Positions 29,415-42,255 of a stretch of DNA of 64,000 nt are shown here, piece by piece. Within the stretch, counting starts at the first letter, position 1. The number at the start of each line of letters is the position of its first letter. The stretch lies in the NCBI GenBank assembly GCA_048128005.1, contig JBEUKZ010000062.1:124001-188000 (forward strand). Reading direction: 5' to 3'. A model generated the notes under the pieces. That model ran no database searches. It saw only the letters and a list, made by a program, of their open reading frames with translations, and was not told the origin of the DNA. This DNA is from Veleropilina oligotropha (lineage: Eukaryota). The translations under genes and the position numbers were made by a program.

Positions 29415-30196
29415 ATGTCGGACGCGGTATACATATTCTGTGCTTGCAGCCAGGGCCTGATGTTGCTGTTGCAGGTAGCATTGTGGTCCTGGCTGTACAG
29501 CTATATTAGACCGGTGCGGAGATGTTTGAAACGCTTAAGGATGGACAGCCTCATCGATCAACTCATGGATGACGAACAAGAAACAACCATCACCGGCCAT
29601 CGCTCGACGACCGATGGCGAGGAACCTGTCAGTAACAGTGGAGTCGCAGGTTCCGAAGGCACGGCAAAAAAACGGGAGAGGCTTGCCGCGTTAGCCGTTG
29701 GAGGGGCCCACAGATACTTGGGGCAAAAGCTCACGGTGGACCGGATCGACGACATGTCCGATGAAGAGGTCGAAAAGCACCACGCGAGGTATGAAGCGAA
29801 ACTCGGTGCCGAGTGACGAAGACTCTGGGGACTTCCGCTATTCATCTCTACGCGGGGGCGGCTGGGATGCTCTTGCCCATTCCACCAGCAAACCAGCTAC
29901 GACTGATCGCCGACCTGGAGGCCGACCCATTCATCTCACATGCCCTGACCACTGCAAGCTGTGAGCTGTATTATAAATATGGCATGTACCTCGCACCGCT
30001 GACCGCGGCGCTGACCACGGCTAAGCACTGCCGATTTGGACACGTCTGCCCGCCCAAAATATCACGAGAGCGAGAGCGAGATCAAGATGACGACGCTGGA
30101 CATGGACCAGCCGATCCAGAGCCAGCCGATAGAGAGGGTGACCCAGCCGATAGAGACGATAGAGAGGGTGACCTCTTCTTCGAGGAAGGACCCTAA
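29415..30196 (+). pseudogene. Frameshifted orthologue of 6142..6903
   Basis: Split into 29415..29816 and 29813..30196 at LGA(D/E)-MTKTLG. Confidence 0.75.
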
Positions 30197-30596
30197 GAAG
30201 GTGGCTGCAGGGAGGGCCGGAGCTGCTGCGCGGAAAGCCAAACAGGAGAGGCTACTTGCCGAGGTTCGAAAACTTAAGGAAGACACCCGCACAGTTCCAG
30301 AACTACCGGAGGTACAGCCCCCAAAACAACAAAAACACAGTGGTGCCCCGGCCGAGATGACCGCGGTCGAAAACGACGTTCGCGCCGGGGGCGCAGTGTC
30401 AGATACACGGAAATCGGACCCATTTAATTGGACCTATGGACTCTTCGCTGCAGGTGGGGTTGCGTTGCTATTTTTTGTCTGGAAACGCAGCAGTGCTCCA
30501 TCCACACCACATCAACAGCCACTAGCACAGGCGAGGCAGCCCACCCCAACCACCACCGAATTGAAGAATGAGCACAACCCGTTCCATATGCGATAG
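30087..30596 (+). CDS. KDPKKVAAG-motif membrane protein, copy 2
   Basis: Orthologue of 6806..7297. Confidence 0.72.
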   Translation: MTTLDMDQPIQSQPIERVTQPIETIERVTSSSRKDPKKVAAGRAGAAARKAKQERLLAEVRKLKEDTRTVPELPEVQPPKQQKHSGAPAEMTAVENDVRAGGAVSDTRKSDPFNWTYGLFAAGGVALLFFVWKRSSAPSTPHQQPLAQARQPTPTTTELKNEHNPFHMR

Positions 30597-30608
30597 TCTC
30601 AGTACAAC

Positions 30609-30848
30609 ATGACTACCCCGATTATTGATGGAAAAATGCTCGGCAACGCCGTCTATCATTCGGCCATAGTGTCAGGCCTCGCCATAGGCTACTCACGCCT
30701 GATAAAGATGGTATTCAAGGGGGCGAGCCCCAAGCTGGACTTCACCGGCTACGACGTCGGGATGGTCGTCCTCGACGTAGCGCTCGCCATGGCGACGAAA
30801 GATATGCTGATCAAACAAGGCATCATCCCCGCCGACATATTGAAGTAG
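30609..30848 (+). CDS. 79-aa hydrophobic viral protein, copy 2
   Basis: Orthologue of 7334..7573. Confidence 0.8.
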   Translation: MTTPIIDGKMLGNAVYHSAIVSGLAIGYSRLIKMVFKGASPKLDFTGYDVGMVVLDVALAMATKDMLIKQGIIPADILK

Positions 30849-30878
30849 TGGGACCTGCTAGATAATCGCAGCATTTCA

Positions 30879-31196
30879 ATGGCTTCCATTGCGATGCTGG
30901 TTGGGGGCGCCCTTGTCAACGCCCTTGCCTTCAGCGGGTCCAACTTCCTCGATTGGCTTAACGTTGAACTTCGCCGCCAGGGTCACGCTGTTGGCACATT
31001 CCGGGATGTGGACGCCGCGATCCGTGAGTATGCCTTGATCACTGGCAAGAACCTTGACCCCGGCCTGGGGGGTGGTTCTGAGCCCCAGCTGTCTGACTAC
31101 TACACCCCGAGCGAAGACCAGAAGGGACGTGAGATCACTTTCGTCATCCTTGGGATGGCTGCGACCGGGTTGGTAGCCTACAAACTCCTACCCTAA
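30879..31196 (+). CDS. Small membrane protein, copy 2, with in-frame internal deletion
   Basis: Lacks the FSKLRSSGVDAERK...QRAERL segment of copy 1; the junction falls at a CTC microhomology. Confidence 0.7.
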   Translation: MASIAMLVGGALVNALAFSGSNFLDWLNVELRRQGHAVGTFRDVDAAIREYALITGKNLDPGLGGGSEPQLSDYYTPSEDQKGREITFVILGMAATGLVAYKLLP

Positions 31197-31233
31197 TTTC
31201 CAGTGGACATTTTTTTCGTGGGCATGTATAATA

Positions 31234-31524
31234 ATGGGGCTCCCAGAAGAGCTGTACTTCGCTATGCAAGAGGTGGGCTATGCCTTCGAGCAGCACAAAA
31301 TCCCCGGCCCACCCCTTGGTACTACGTCACTCGACTACTGGCGGCGCAACGAAAAGACTATGGTGCGGTTCACGGTCATGGTGCTCTCGGGCCCGACCAA
31401 CCTACGGGCGATGACTGGGCAGCTTCCGGAGCCGGTCGCTGAAGCCTGTTGGAGACTGATCACGTTGCTGGAATACATTGCTGGTCTCGATGTCAGCGAA
31501 GAGACAGAAGCCCTTGATGGCTAA
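31234..31524 (+). CDS. Small viral protein (MGLPEELY...), copy 2
   Basis: Orthologue of 8075..8296. Confidence 0.6.
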   Translation: MGLPEELYFAMQEVGYAFEQHKIPGPPLGTTSLDYWRRNEKTMVRFTVMVLSGPTNLRAMTGQLPEPVAEACWRLITLLEYIAGLDVSEETEALDG

Positions 31525-32545
31525 AGAACTCTACTGAAAGCTTGCGAATAGCTACTATAGCCCCCGAGGCTACTGGAAAGGGATCGCCGCGATACAACAT
31601 CTCTCGGCCGCAGTAGATGTCTCTGAAGACGTGGCCCGGGATTGGCTGAAGAAGCAGGCCATCTGGCAAATCTATTTACCTGCGCCACGGCGGATTCCAA
31701 GACCAAAATTCGACGTCGTAACGCCGAATGAGGTTCACCAGGCCGACCTCCTGTTTCTGCCCCATGACACAGTGGGCTTGGCACGAAAGCAACGGAGCTA
31801 CAAGTATGCGCTGACGGTTGTTGACGTGGCCTCATGCTACAAAGAGGCTGAGCCTCTGGCCACAAAAGAGGCCAAAGGGGTTGCTGAAGCTCTGTCTCGA
31901 ATCTACAGGCGGAGTCCTCTTAGCTGGCCGAAACTGCTTCAAGTCGACCCAGGGAGGGAGTTTATGGGCGCGGTCTCCCAGCTGCTGGCTACAAATAACG
32001 TCAAGGTTAGGCGTGGCCGTGTGGATATCCATCGCGACCAAGGGATTGTGGAGCGCTTCAACCGGACGCTGTCTGAGCGGCTCTTCGGGCACCAGTATGC
32101 AAAAGAGATGCATTTCTCAGGGACTGCAAAAGAGGGTCAAAGGTCGACTGAGTGGGTGGCCAGGCTGCCCGCCGTTGTTGCGGCCTTGAATGGGGAAGTG
32201 ACCCGCCTCACCGGTAAAAATCCCAAGGACGCCATCAAGGCGCCTTGCGTTGTACAAAATCCTTCTTCCGCTGTTCCAGGCCGACAGGGGAAGGAACAGA
32301 AACTCCCCTCAGGCGTTGGTGTTCGTTACCTTTACTACGATGGTGAGCTGGAGGGGGGTCGTCGCCGTGCCACTGACCCGGTGTGGTCTCTAAAAGTTCA
32401 CAGGCTTGGACGCTCTGTCACGAAGCCTGACGAGCCTGTGCTCTACTACTTGCTCGATGGACCACCGCGTGGGTTCGTTCGAGAGGAACTGCTCGTGGTA
32501 CCTCGTGACACCCAGCTGCCGCCGGTTGGAGTTCTCAAACGTTGA
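31517..32545 (+). pseudogene. rve integrase, copy 2, 5' region frameshifted
   Basis: DDE core open from 31631; upstream YYSP/GYWKGIAA codons are present but out of frame. Confidence 0.85.
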
Positions 32546-35500
32546 CAGCAGCAGCCCCTCTTGTTCGGTTACATTCGAGGCACGTTAAGCGCACGTTGTC
32601 GCTGATGTGGCCCCTGCTGTTGTCCACACGGTCAAAACTGAACTGCTGTGTGTCTTTCGGGGCATATGCCCAGAGCAGCTCTATGTCGCATGCTGCGCAG
32701 CGGTTGTTTTGGGCTTCTTTGAGCTGCAGGATGTCTTCGACCTTGAGGTTAAATCCCTGGAGTCCCTTCGCCTGGTCCTGGCGTTTGTATGCCACGAGCT
32801 TCCTCTGGATGGTTTTTCGGAGCTGCTGCTTGCTCTGCTGCGCTTGCGCGTCGGGGGGCCTGTCCTCAGAACCCTCATCTGGAGGACATACCCGTTCGAG
32901 CTGATGCAGATACTCCACCCGGGACATGGCTAGGTAGGCGAGATTACTCCACTGAAGGTAGTCGTCGATGATCCAGACTTTCTGTGGGTCATGAATCGTA
33001 AGACCCTGGCTCGAATGGATTGTGAGAGCATAGCCCAGGCGCCAATCCGGGGTCAGGATAGCCCGCTCAGCAGCCTCAATGGTGACCACTACGACGTCGT
33101 TGAGAACTAGCTCCTGTCTTTCGTCGGTGCCCGGAATTGTTACCATGATGTTTTGCTTACGGGTGTCCCTGGGGTGGTAAAGGATAGGAACCTGGGAGTC
33201 TGGGAAGTGCTCCTTGTGCCTCTGGAGCAACAGCTCTTGAGCCCGTTCGTGGACCTTCTGATGGCTGGTGAGGATTAGGTCGCCTGGCCTCCAGGTGTTG
33301 ACGAACCGGTCCCATCCAAGGCAGCTGGGGAGGGTCTTACGCATTTCCCCGCACTGGACTTTGTCGGGCTGGAGGCGGATACGTCTTTTCAGGGCTTGGA
33401 GGGCAGGGTCGTCTTTCGCCCGATAGTCTACTTCGATCTCTTCATAGTAGTCCGCGGTCTCTCGCAGCCAATCGTGCGGCATCTCCCCCGTAATCGGTGG
33501 TGGCTGGCCCTGGTCCCCACAGCAGATAACCTGAACTTCGTGGTGGCCCAGCCAGTCCAAGAACATCTCGAGGATAGGCCGGGGAACAGTACAGACCTCG
33601 TCCCAGATAATGACGCAGGGGATGAACTTCTGATCCATGCGGTCGGGCGTCCAGTCGTTCTGGCCGCTCCATCGGAAGAAGCTGTGGTAGGTCTGGGCTT
33701 TGACACCCCTGGTCCGCATCGCTTTAGCGAGGCGGTGGGTTGGCGTGAACACAACGGGGTTTCTTGCCCGAAAGAGCTCGATCGCCCTCGTAGTCTTGCC
33801 ACAGCCCCCTCCACCGTTGAGGTAACTCAGGCGATGGTGGGTCAGTGTGTCGTTGTAGCATGGCGCGGTGCTTGGCTGGCTGGAATTGGCGGCACAACAA
33901 TACTCTGGCTTGGGCAGGTATGCGGCATGTTCCTGTGGCAGGTACAGCTGTTCGCCCTTGTCACGCCACTGGGCCGGTGCTACTGGCGGAAGGTACGTCT
34001 CCCCGAGCAGACAGGAGATGCACGATTTATCGCCACAGTCGCAGAGCTGGGGGGAAACGTACGCCTTGACATCGTCGAGCTTCTCCAACGAGGCCTTCTT
34101 GAGGTAGATGCTGTCAGTGGCCACTCGGACAGCCTCCTCAGGGGTGAAACGCTGGAGCATGCTCAAGAGGTTTATGTGGGCATAGGCCAACATACTGGCC
34201 CTCAGGTGGGCGTACTGAGGCTGGGAGCCATCATAGTACGTGAGGATGTGACCGAGGGGGCATCTTTGAGGAGCGCAAACCAGGGTGCCGCTTTGGCGGG
34301 TGTCTCTTACGAGGAAGTCGATCTCCCCCTGGTCGGTCACCAGTCTTCGAGTCAATCTTTTACCGTCTGCCTTAGTGCCTTGGGTGAATTTGCCGATAAT
34401 GCTGCAGCCCTGGTCACGATCCGGAGGAAGCCAGACATCGGTCTGTTTTCTGAATGCGATGATGGCTTCTCGAATCTTGAGGCTTTTTAGCAGTCCAGAT
34501 TATATGAGGAAGGCGAGCAGCGGGGTTGGTGCCCATCCATTTTCTGCAAAGTGCTTTCCGAACCAGGCGGGAATGGCGGGGTGGATCTCTTGTGCAAACT
34601 CCCACCCCATGACCTCGGCAAAGCCAGTGCCGATTTCTTGGGGTAGAGGGCCGTTAATTGCGACTCGAGTCATGCTGTGGGTTGGGTGTCCGAATCTTTC
34701 GAAATATGGCTTAGCCTCGCCCTTCCCCTGAAAGCTAGCAGGGTAGCAGGCTTTCATGTCGATGCAGACGACGTCTCTCGTATCATAGCTCATGGAGTTC
34801 CAAAGGCCACCATGGCCATGTTCTACGCAGGCCTTCTGGATGTCATCGAGCAGGCTGGCTGGGGTAGGTTTCCAGCCGTTGTTCTCTTTGGCCATAATGC
34901 TAGCTGCATGGTTCTCGCCAAAGGCTCGATCGGCCAGGGACTCATTCCCCAGAGCCTTACAGGCTTCCTGAAGAGCGGTGTGAGTCTCTTTCGTCCTGTA
35001 GGTGCGGCCGTCTTGAAGCACGAACTGGTCCACGCTGAGCTGTCGATCTTTACCGCCAAGGAGCCAGACAGCTAATGGCTCATTCTGTGTGGCTTGTCGG
35101 ATAGCTTCCCAGACATCACCCTCATACAGGAGGACCTCGCGAGACTGCGGGAAGTGAAGGTCTTTGGGCCAGGCGTGGCCGTTGTGGCAGATGAGTTCTA
35201 CTTTTCCTCTCACCCCGTTGCCACCAAACTGTTACTTCCCACTGTTGTAGATGTCCTCGCCAGCAATGTCTCTCAAGATGATCGCCCGCTTCAGTATCCT
35301 CTCCAGTTGGGCCACATCGTTGACGGAAGCTCCTGTTACATGAACTCGCTCTTCCCACTCCTGTACTTTCTGCCGCCGTGTCGGAGTTAGTCCGTTTCCT
35401 CTCAGGGCACCTTCGAAGCGCTCAACCACTCTCTGGGCAACGCAGTTGAGATCGCCGTTCTTCATTGGAACCAGGTTGGCGGGGTTTGGTTCTCTGAGAG

Positions 35501-36467
35501 GGTAGAGGCCGTAGACGACTGCAGTGACCGGGTAGGCATTCTCGTAGTAGACTTTGTCGACCCCAGTGATAGCACCCGGCTTAGTGTCATGGGATATCTC
35601 AAAGATACCCTGGCCCTTCTTTCTCGCAGCCTTCACCGGGTCAAACTTATCTTCGACCATCCAGTCGCCTTCATGCCACTCACGCAAGAACTTGATTCTC
35701 AGGACATACTCGCCTTTTGGAAGGACTGTGAGGAGCTGTGCCGCCCTCGCATCTGTCATACGGGCATCCAGGGCCAGCCGGCCAGCCCTCACTTCGATAC
35801 CGTCGCCGATGTTCTCTACCTCTACCCTCCATGTGGAGAAGGCCGCCGCGGTGCCATCGACCCCAAACTCGTCTTTGGCGTCGTTCAAGAGTTCCACCCA
35901 TGGCTCTTTTGCTGGGAGCCTTACTGGGGGAGGGGCCTGGTCATCCAGGTCGATGAATTGTTGCCCCTCTGTTGTGGTAAACAACCCTAGAAGATCCTTC
36001 TGGTAGTCCTGGGCTGTCCGGGGCCTTTTGGAGATGGGAATTGGGTCAAATTCCTCAACAACGGCCTTCCGTATTGCCCGGGCAAGGGTCTCTTTCCGAG
36101 ACCTAGTCAGACCGTGCAGGTGTGGCTTGACGATTCGATTGGTGATACGACGAAGTGGCCTCTGTCGTAGCAAGGGCTTTTTCTCAGCCTGGGTTTCATA
36201 TTTACTGACCTTGAGGGCCACCTCGACCTCGTCCTTAAGCTGCCGCAATTCGCGAGCACGACGGCCTCTTTTGTGGGGGTTCTCCACATCTCCACGTATG
36301 GAGGGGAACCTTCCCGTTTTCATCGCCCGCTCGAGTCTCCTCCGAAACTCGGCAGCACGGACCCCGGCTATTGCCCTGATGAGGTCGTTTTTCTTGAGCT
36401 TCGACCGAGCGGGAAGCCCATAATCGTCCGCTAAATTGCGTAGTTCTCTGAGGGAGGCACGTACCAT
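32535..36467 (-). pseudogene. PolB-SF1 helicase-HNH replicase, copy 2, disrupted
   Basis: Three pieces (35232..36467, 34500..35213, 32535..34355) separated by a frameshift near 35230 and a stop at 34500; key motifs (NCV, NGH, IDMKACYP, SIIGKF, VATDS, GCGKT, CLECN) retained. Confidence 0.88.
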
Positions 36468-36663
36468 CGTGACATGATATGGAGATACCAGGCTCTAAAT
36501 GGAACTTTTTAGCACGACCGCAACTCACACAATACTTTGCCGTAGAGACGGCGGGGTCTTTTTTCAGTGTTTATGAGACCCTGGGCGCCACGATGACCTC
36601 CACATGGTATACACAACAGAACGGCCGATTTCGTACCGACACCACATACCCTACCTGCAATAC

Positions 36664-37710
36664 TGCCCGCAGTTATAGTTATTATTATTATTATTATTAT
36701 TATTTTCCCACTTTTAAATACTGCAATAGCTAAAAAACTTCGCAAAGTACATATGTCAAACTTTCAGGCGTGGTAAAAGATCGAGTAACTAATTTTTTAT
36801 ATATAGCCGAATTTTATTGGTCAAATATTTTGGGGCCATTTTGATTATTGTTACATTCTATTCAAATATACTACTCAAAAACTGCTAATCCGATAGTGGT
36901 GTAATTTTGAATGCCAAATCTGCATAATAAGGTCATGACATGGTATTTGTTTTTGTGGCCGTACAGCATCCAATATAATGTGAAGATTTATCTGCACTTT
37001 CCCACACATTCGAGATGCGTGCTCAAAGTCATTCTGACATATTCTGCCACTGCCAACCAGGTATCCATTTAGATCTCGGATCGGCTGGGTAAACCGAGGC
37101 AATATATGCTTAATTCCTTGCCCAAGGGAAGTCGCCGGGATCGGGGTTGAACCCAAACCTCTCGAGTGAGAGGCCAATGCATCTACCACTGTACCACGGC
37201 TGCATATATGGCCGCTGGAGTGATTTAAAATTAGGAAAATAGGGGATTAATTTTTAATTTCGTCAAATCCAAATACATTTTGTATTTTCGTTATACAAAA
37301 TGTAGTTCTGGTGAAATTATAAATATGTCACGGAAAAATAAGAAAAAAGTGTGAAAAATGAAATTTAGCACAATTTTCAGAATAAATCGAAGTATTTTAC
37401 AACACAGGGCCGTTCATCGGCAACCACTCACTACAGACATCTGAAATTTTAACAAGTGACAGAACAACGTTCTCGCGATATGTTTTGTGTCAGATAAAAT
37501 TTAAAGCATTAATTTTTGCTTCGAAATTAAAATAATCGAGAGGTTACGATATTTCGAATAAATCTTTGTTTACATAATATAGAGTCACAAAATTTACATT
37601 GATAAGCGAGCACATTATAATCTACCATTCCTGAAAATTCATGCAAATAAATGCAGTATTTATCGATTTATTGCGAGTTAAGTTTTGTCAACATCGATTA
37701 TCTTGTAGAA
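36664..37710. repeat. Host interspersed repeat copy abutting the truncated right end of virus copy 2
   Basis: GCAGTTATAG(TTA)n start and downstream sequence match 16390-17200. Confidence 0.7.
36972..37200 (-). mobile_element. tRNA-derived SINE with L2-like 3' tail, nested in the host repeat
   Basis: Minus strand: A-box TGGTACAGTGG, B-box GGTTCAACCCC, central CCTTGGGCAAGG...AAATGGATACCTG, and tail TTTGAGCAC...GGGAAAGTGCAGATAAAT; the same tail recurs at about 60395-60456. Confidence 0.7.
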
Positions 37711-38328
37711 TTTGATTTATAGACAATGTTATAAATACTATCAATTAACTCAATATTAAATGTATTGTATGTAATATATTATTTTGAGCACCTTCATATA
37801 CTCTTTGTAGTTACATGTGCTTCATACATTATATGCTCTAACCATTGAGTCACATAAGCGACCTACATGATGATATGAATTTGTCTTACGAGAGATATAA
37901 GAATTAAAGATGAGCCCTAACTGCTTAGGAAACATGCTTATGTAGCAATTTGATGTCTAACATCGTAACTTAATAAAGACTGGTAATTGTTTTGACATCT
38001 AATCTGTATTATGATTTTTAGGTGAATTTCATCGACCAGATTTTAATATTTGGCGTGATCTTACTTAATACTAACAACAACAAACGATTTTAAAATAATA
38101 TTATTTCCTCTATTTAAGAAAACATATTCACCACATTTATCTTCAGAATGCGAAATAGTGGGTTTTCAAATGCAAAAACAATCATTACCATGAAGACACT
38201 GTGACCTACTTATATTTGAGTAATAACTGAATACTTGAAACATAATAGAAAGAAATCATATCATACAGTTGAAAGGTTTCTTTGTTTTGAGTAAAGTATA
38301 TGGTCTCGTTTAACATCTTTCTTCATAT

Positions 38329-38530
38329 GGGCCGCTTCGGCAGTGCAGTGGGTAGTGGGTTCAATACCTGGCTGAGGCATTGAAATTTGTTCAAGTTATG
38401 AATCACAGTTGTCCGTGACTGGCCGAAGAGGGTGGGTTTACCCGGGCGACCGGGTTTCCTCCCACGATAACACGGACATGTCCTGCGTTGAACCTCTATG
38501 TTGTAAATATACAGGACATTAAGCATAGTT
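38329..38530 (+). mobile_element. Degenerate SINE with V-domain-like core
   Basis: tRNA-like head remnant, then GGGTTTACCCGGGCGACCGGGTTTCCTCCCAC, resembling the V-SINE core. Confidence 0.5.
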
Positions 38531-38664
38531 CCTCCCCCCCTCTTTCTTCATATTGAGACATCTTCATATTATCGTGGGACCCACCGGCCAGTGTCACTGC
38601 AGGCTACATTCACTTCCATGTCGGATGAATCCAAAATTGTGGCATATGACACAATGGTTTAAGG

Positions 38665-39235
38665 TTATGTTTGAAATACTGTTTTTCGCAGCGCATTCTG
38701 TTTCTTAACTTTTGTAGACTTTAACAGATATCGCTCAAAAACTTGTCTGCATTTAGCATGACATCTTAATTGAATAAACCCTCTAAGAATATGCAACAAT
38801 GCTGTTTCTTGGGCTTCATTGTCAACATTATGTGAGTATGAACAATGGCAGAGAAGGGCAAGAATGTCTTCCAAGTTCCTGATTACAAATGGGATATTCA
38901 CAAAAAGTTGCAAATAATGTTGCTGAAATGAAGATACATCGGTTCTGAAAATTAATTCACATAATTTAAAAAAGCTAATCGTATCCTCTTTCGGTTCACA
39001 AACCACCTCTGGTTTTACAATGTATGAGTGAACTGACACTCTGTTTAGCTTCTCCCTTCAATAAAGACATAACAGAGGAACATAGCTCATTAGAACTGAA
39101 CAGTTTTCTGGAACAAAAGAGAACAAATTCACTGATGTAAATTAAAATATTGCATTCGGCCTCACTGAGGTCATCATAGCCTGACCACGTCGATAGTGAT
39201 GATGGTGGAGCATTGGTTATGAGGAACTCTTCCAT
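38665..39235 (-). pseudogene. Degenerate P-element-like transposase C-terminal fragment
   Basis: ILIYISEFV...LIHCKTRGGL and FIQLRCHAKCR resemble P-type transposase C-termini; frameshifted. Confidence 0.4.
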
Positions 39236-39320
39236 GATAGTGAAGACAACTGAGGATGATGGATCAATGTACGAGCTGTGAAATGCTGCCCATTCCTTCT
39301 CTCAAGCAATCAGGCCCGAC

Positions 39321-41033
39321 GGAAGGTAAAAAATATTGGTACGACTAGTCGTAGGTCAACAGTCCGCGTGGGGCAGTGGGACCCACCCAGAGAAAAAATT
39401 TCCTACTAAATTAATACTGCGAGTCCGCCTCTCCTGAGGCAAAATTAATTATTGCCACTATGAACGTCTTGGCAGTTCCGCCGGCCCTGGTAACAGCTGT
39501 AAAGATAACCTGTGATGTGAGACAGCACTCAAGGGAGTAGAGCATTTGTGTAAACTGTTTCATTGCAATAAAATACATTCAATTTTTAAATTAACAAAAT
39601 GGGAACATAATATTATTATCATTATGTACAGTAATACGAAAATGCAAACATCCAGATGTTTAGACACTTCATACTCGAAACATACGCATTGGTCTTTGAA
39701 TGGATACGTGTACGATTATGCAAATACCAGTAACCATTTATATTGGGCAGTGTTTCCCTCCAATTAGAATTAGATCCATCAAAATAGAGACACATAGCCT
39801 ATATTATATATTAGTTTTCCAGTTAAGTATTGGTTTGAAGACAAACATTTTCTTTTTGCCTTCCTAATGATGTCATTTTAAACAAATATATTTTTTTTTA
39901 ATGCTTTGTGATGTCTGTGCGCTTCCGTAGATTAACAATTACGTATTATATAGACTTACGTGAATCGATCATTTTTGTGTTGAATAGACAGAACCTTTCA
40001 GAACGATGTCAACAAACATAGTGAATCAAAATAGGCTAAATAAGATAAGTCAGTGAGTAGTCTAACAATTTTATCTTTGTTTATATCGTCATGTTTTATT
40101 ATGCAAATTCGTCTTCCTCGAGTTCATAGCACGATCGAAGTATCGGTTGATTTTCAGTGTTTCTGATAAACTACGACGGAATGTAAAAAATATTGGTACG
40201 ACTAGTCGTAGGTCAACAGTCCGCGTGGGGCAGTGGGACCCACCCAGAGAAAAATTTTCCTACTAAATTAATACTGCGAGTCCGCCTCTCCTGAGGCAAA
40301 AATAATTATTGCCACTATGAACGTCTTGGCAGTTCCGCCGGCCCTGGTAACAGCTGTAAAGATAACCTGTGATGTGAGACAGCACTCAAGGGAGTAGAGC
40401 ATTTGTGTAAACTGTTTCATTGCAATAAAATACATTCAATTTTTAATTTAATAAAATGGGAACATAATATTATTATCATTATGTACAGTAATACGAAAAT
40501 GCAAACATCCAGATGTTTAGACACTTCATACTCGAAACATACGCATTGGTCTTTGAATGGATACGTGTACGATTATGCAAATACCAGTAACCATTTATAT
40601 TGGGCAGTGTTTCCCTCCAATTAGAATTAGATCCATCAAAATAGAGACACATAGCCTATATTATATATTAGTTTTCCAGTTAAGTATTGGTTTGAAGACA
40701 AACATTTTCTTTTTGCCTTCCTAATGATGTCATTTTAAACAATTTTTTTTTTTTTAATGCTTTGTGATGTCTGTGCGCTTCCGTAGATTAACAATTACGT
40801 ATTATATAGACTTACGTGAATCGATCATTTTTGTGTGGAATAGACAGAACCTTTCAGAACGATGTCAACAAACATAGTGAATCAAAATAGGCTAAATAAG
40901 ATAAGTCAGTGGGTAGTCTAACAATTTTATCTTTGTTTATATCGTCATGTTTTATTATGCAAATTCGTCTTCTTCGAGTTCATAGCACGATCGAAGTATC
41001 GGTTGATTTTCAGTGTTTCTGATAAACTACGAC
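39321..41033. repeat. Near-identical tandem duplication of an 857-bp unit
   Basis: 39321-40177 repeated at 40178-41033; CGAC lies at all three junctions. Confidence 0.92.
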
Positions 41034-42255
41034 CAGGACATCTTAGTTACACAATAATTACTAATGTACTACATACTTTATGGTGACCGCGTGCTTCATT
41101 TCCCATAAAAATGTGACATTTAATCGTTTTCCATGTATGGACCGTACGTTTGGTCATTGAGATCCACCATGTTTTCGACTTTTCTATGACTCCCGGTGAG
41201 GGCGCCACTAAATCTGGAGCTCTTTCAGTTACGTCATCAGTCAGCGGTCCCCTTGTATTTAGGTCTATGTTATAATGCACCGCGAACAGCTTATGAAACA
41301 CAACCACAACCAAATGGTCGATTCCCATTAAAGGAGTGTACGATGTTTTTATTTCGTTCTTTTTTCAAGATATGTCTAATATATCATCGTGAAATGTGTT
41401 ATTATAATAATTGACGAGAAATTTTACTTTAAATATGTAAAATAATATATAAATATATTTGTCGTATAGAAATTTAAATGTATACATGTTTCATGTGTAA
41501 GAATACGGAATATGTACGCCACTTTCTCATATGCGTTTTCTTTGTATTCGATGTTTAACTTTAAGTGCCGGAGAATGCCGACTATAATCTTGGAAATTTC
41601 ACCGTTTGATAATCGACAACACCTCGTTTAATCCGTGCAATTCGTTGTGTCACTGGCGATTTAGTTTTGAACGGTTTAGTTTGTGTTTTTATGCGTTATT
41701 ACACTACGTTCATCGTGAACAAGTTTGTATCCATATGCAGGTAATATTTTGCTCTATATTCTGTTGTAGTACTTGTACTATTGTATTTATGATATTGTCT
41801 ATTAACTATTTTTTTACATATATTTCCTGGAATATTAGTATCGCGTGGCCTGTTGCATGACCGAGGCATACTAGTACGTCTTAACTTGGACGTATCTACC
41901 GTACCTGCTTAGTCGGGCATAAGTATTTACGCCCGTTGCACATCCCGATCGCAGTATACTTTGACTACACTAAAAATAGGGACACCCATGGCTCATAAAA
42001 ATCGTTCTAAATACAAAATCAACACGATGGTGATGTGTCGTGATGAAAACAGTCACCATATGGAATATATATTACTATAATTAATCACCCACCCATACGC
42101 TAAAATAGAGTTAGAACTCATTTCTTACCATACACTTGTCGACTATGATCGCTGTTTATGACTGGTAAACGGAAGTGCAAGTTTGATGACGTCATGTCGG
42201 GGTTATATGAAAAAGTTGGATCGTTAAACATTCGGGTTGCTGAAAATAATGCTAT

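Larger units (their letters stand above)
20867..36660. mobile_element. Endogenous Polinton-like virus, copy 2 (left terminus intact, right end truncated, several genes disrupted)
   Basis: Begins AGCAGCAG at 20867; same gene order and orientation as copy 1; homology stops inside the Cys-rich ORF where a host repeat starts. Confidence 0.92.

Noticed and set aside
33396..34490. Long plus-strand ORFs opposite the replicase (also 11908..12684 and many shorter ones)
   Set aside because: Antisense shadows of GC-rich coding sequence; not preserved as equivalent ORFs between copies.
36659..36664. AATACT matching the 6 bp before the copy 2 left terminus (20861-20866), suggesting a target-site duplication
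   Set aside because: No right TIR precedes it, the viral Cys-rich ORF is cut mid-way, and the hexamer overlaps the start of the host repeat; probably coincidental.
41047..41328. THAP domain (W...KR...HKVCS) belonging to the P-like relic
   Set aside because: Resemblance too partial (no CxxxxC start or HF motif) to call.
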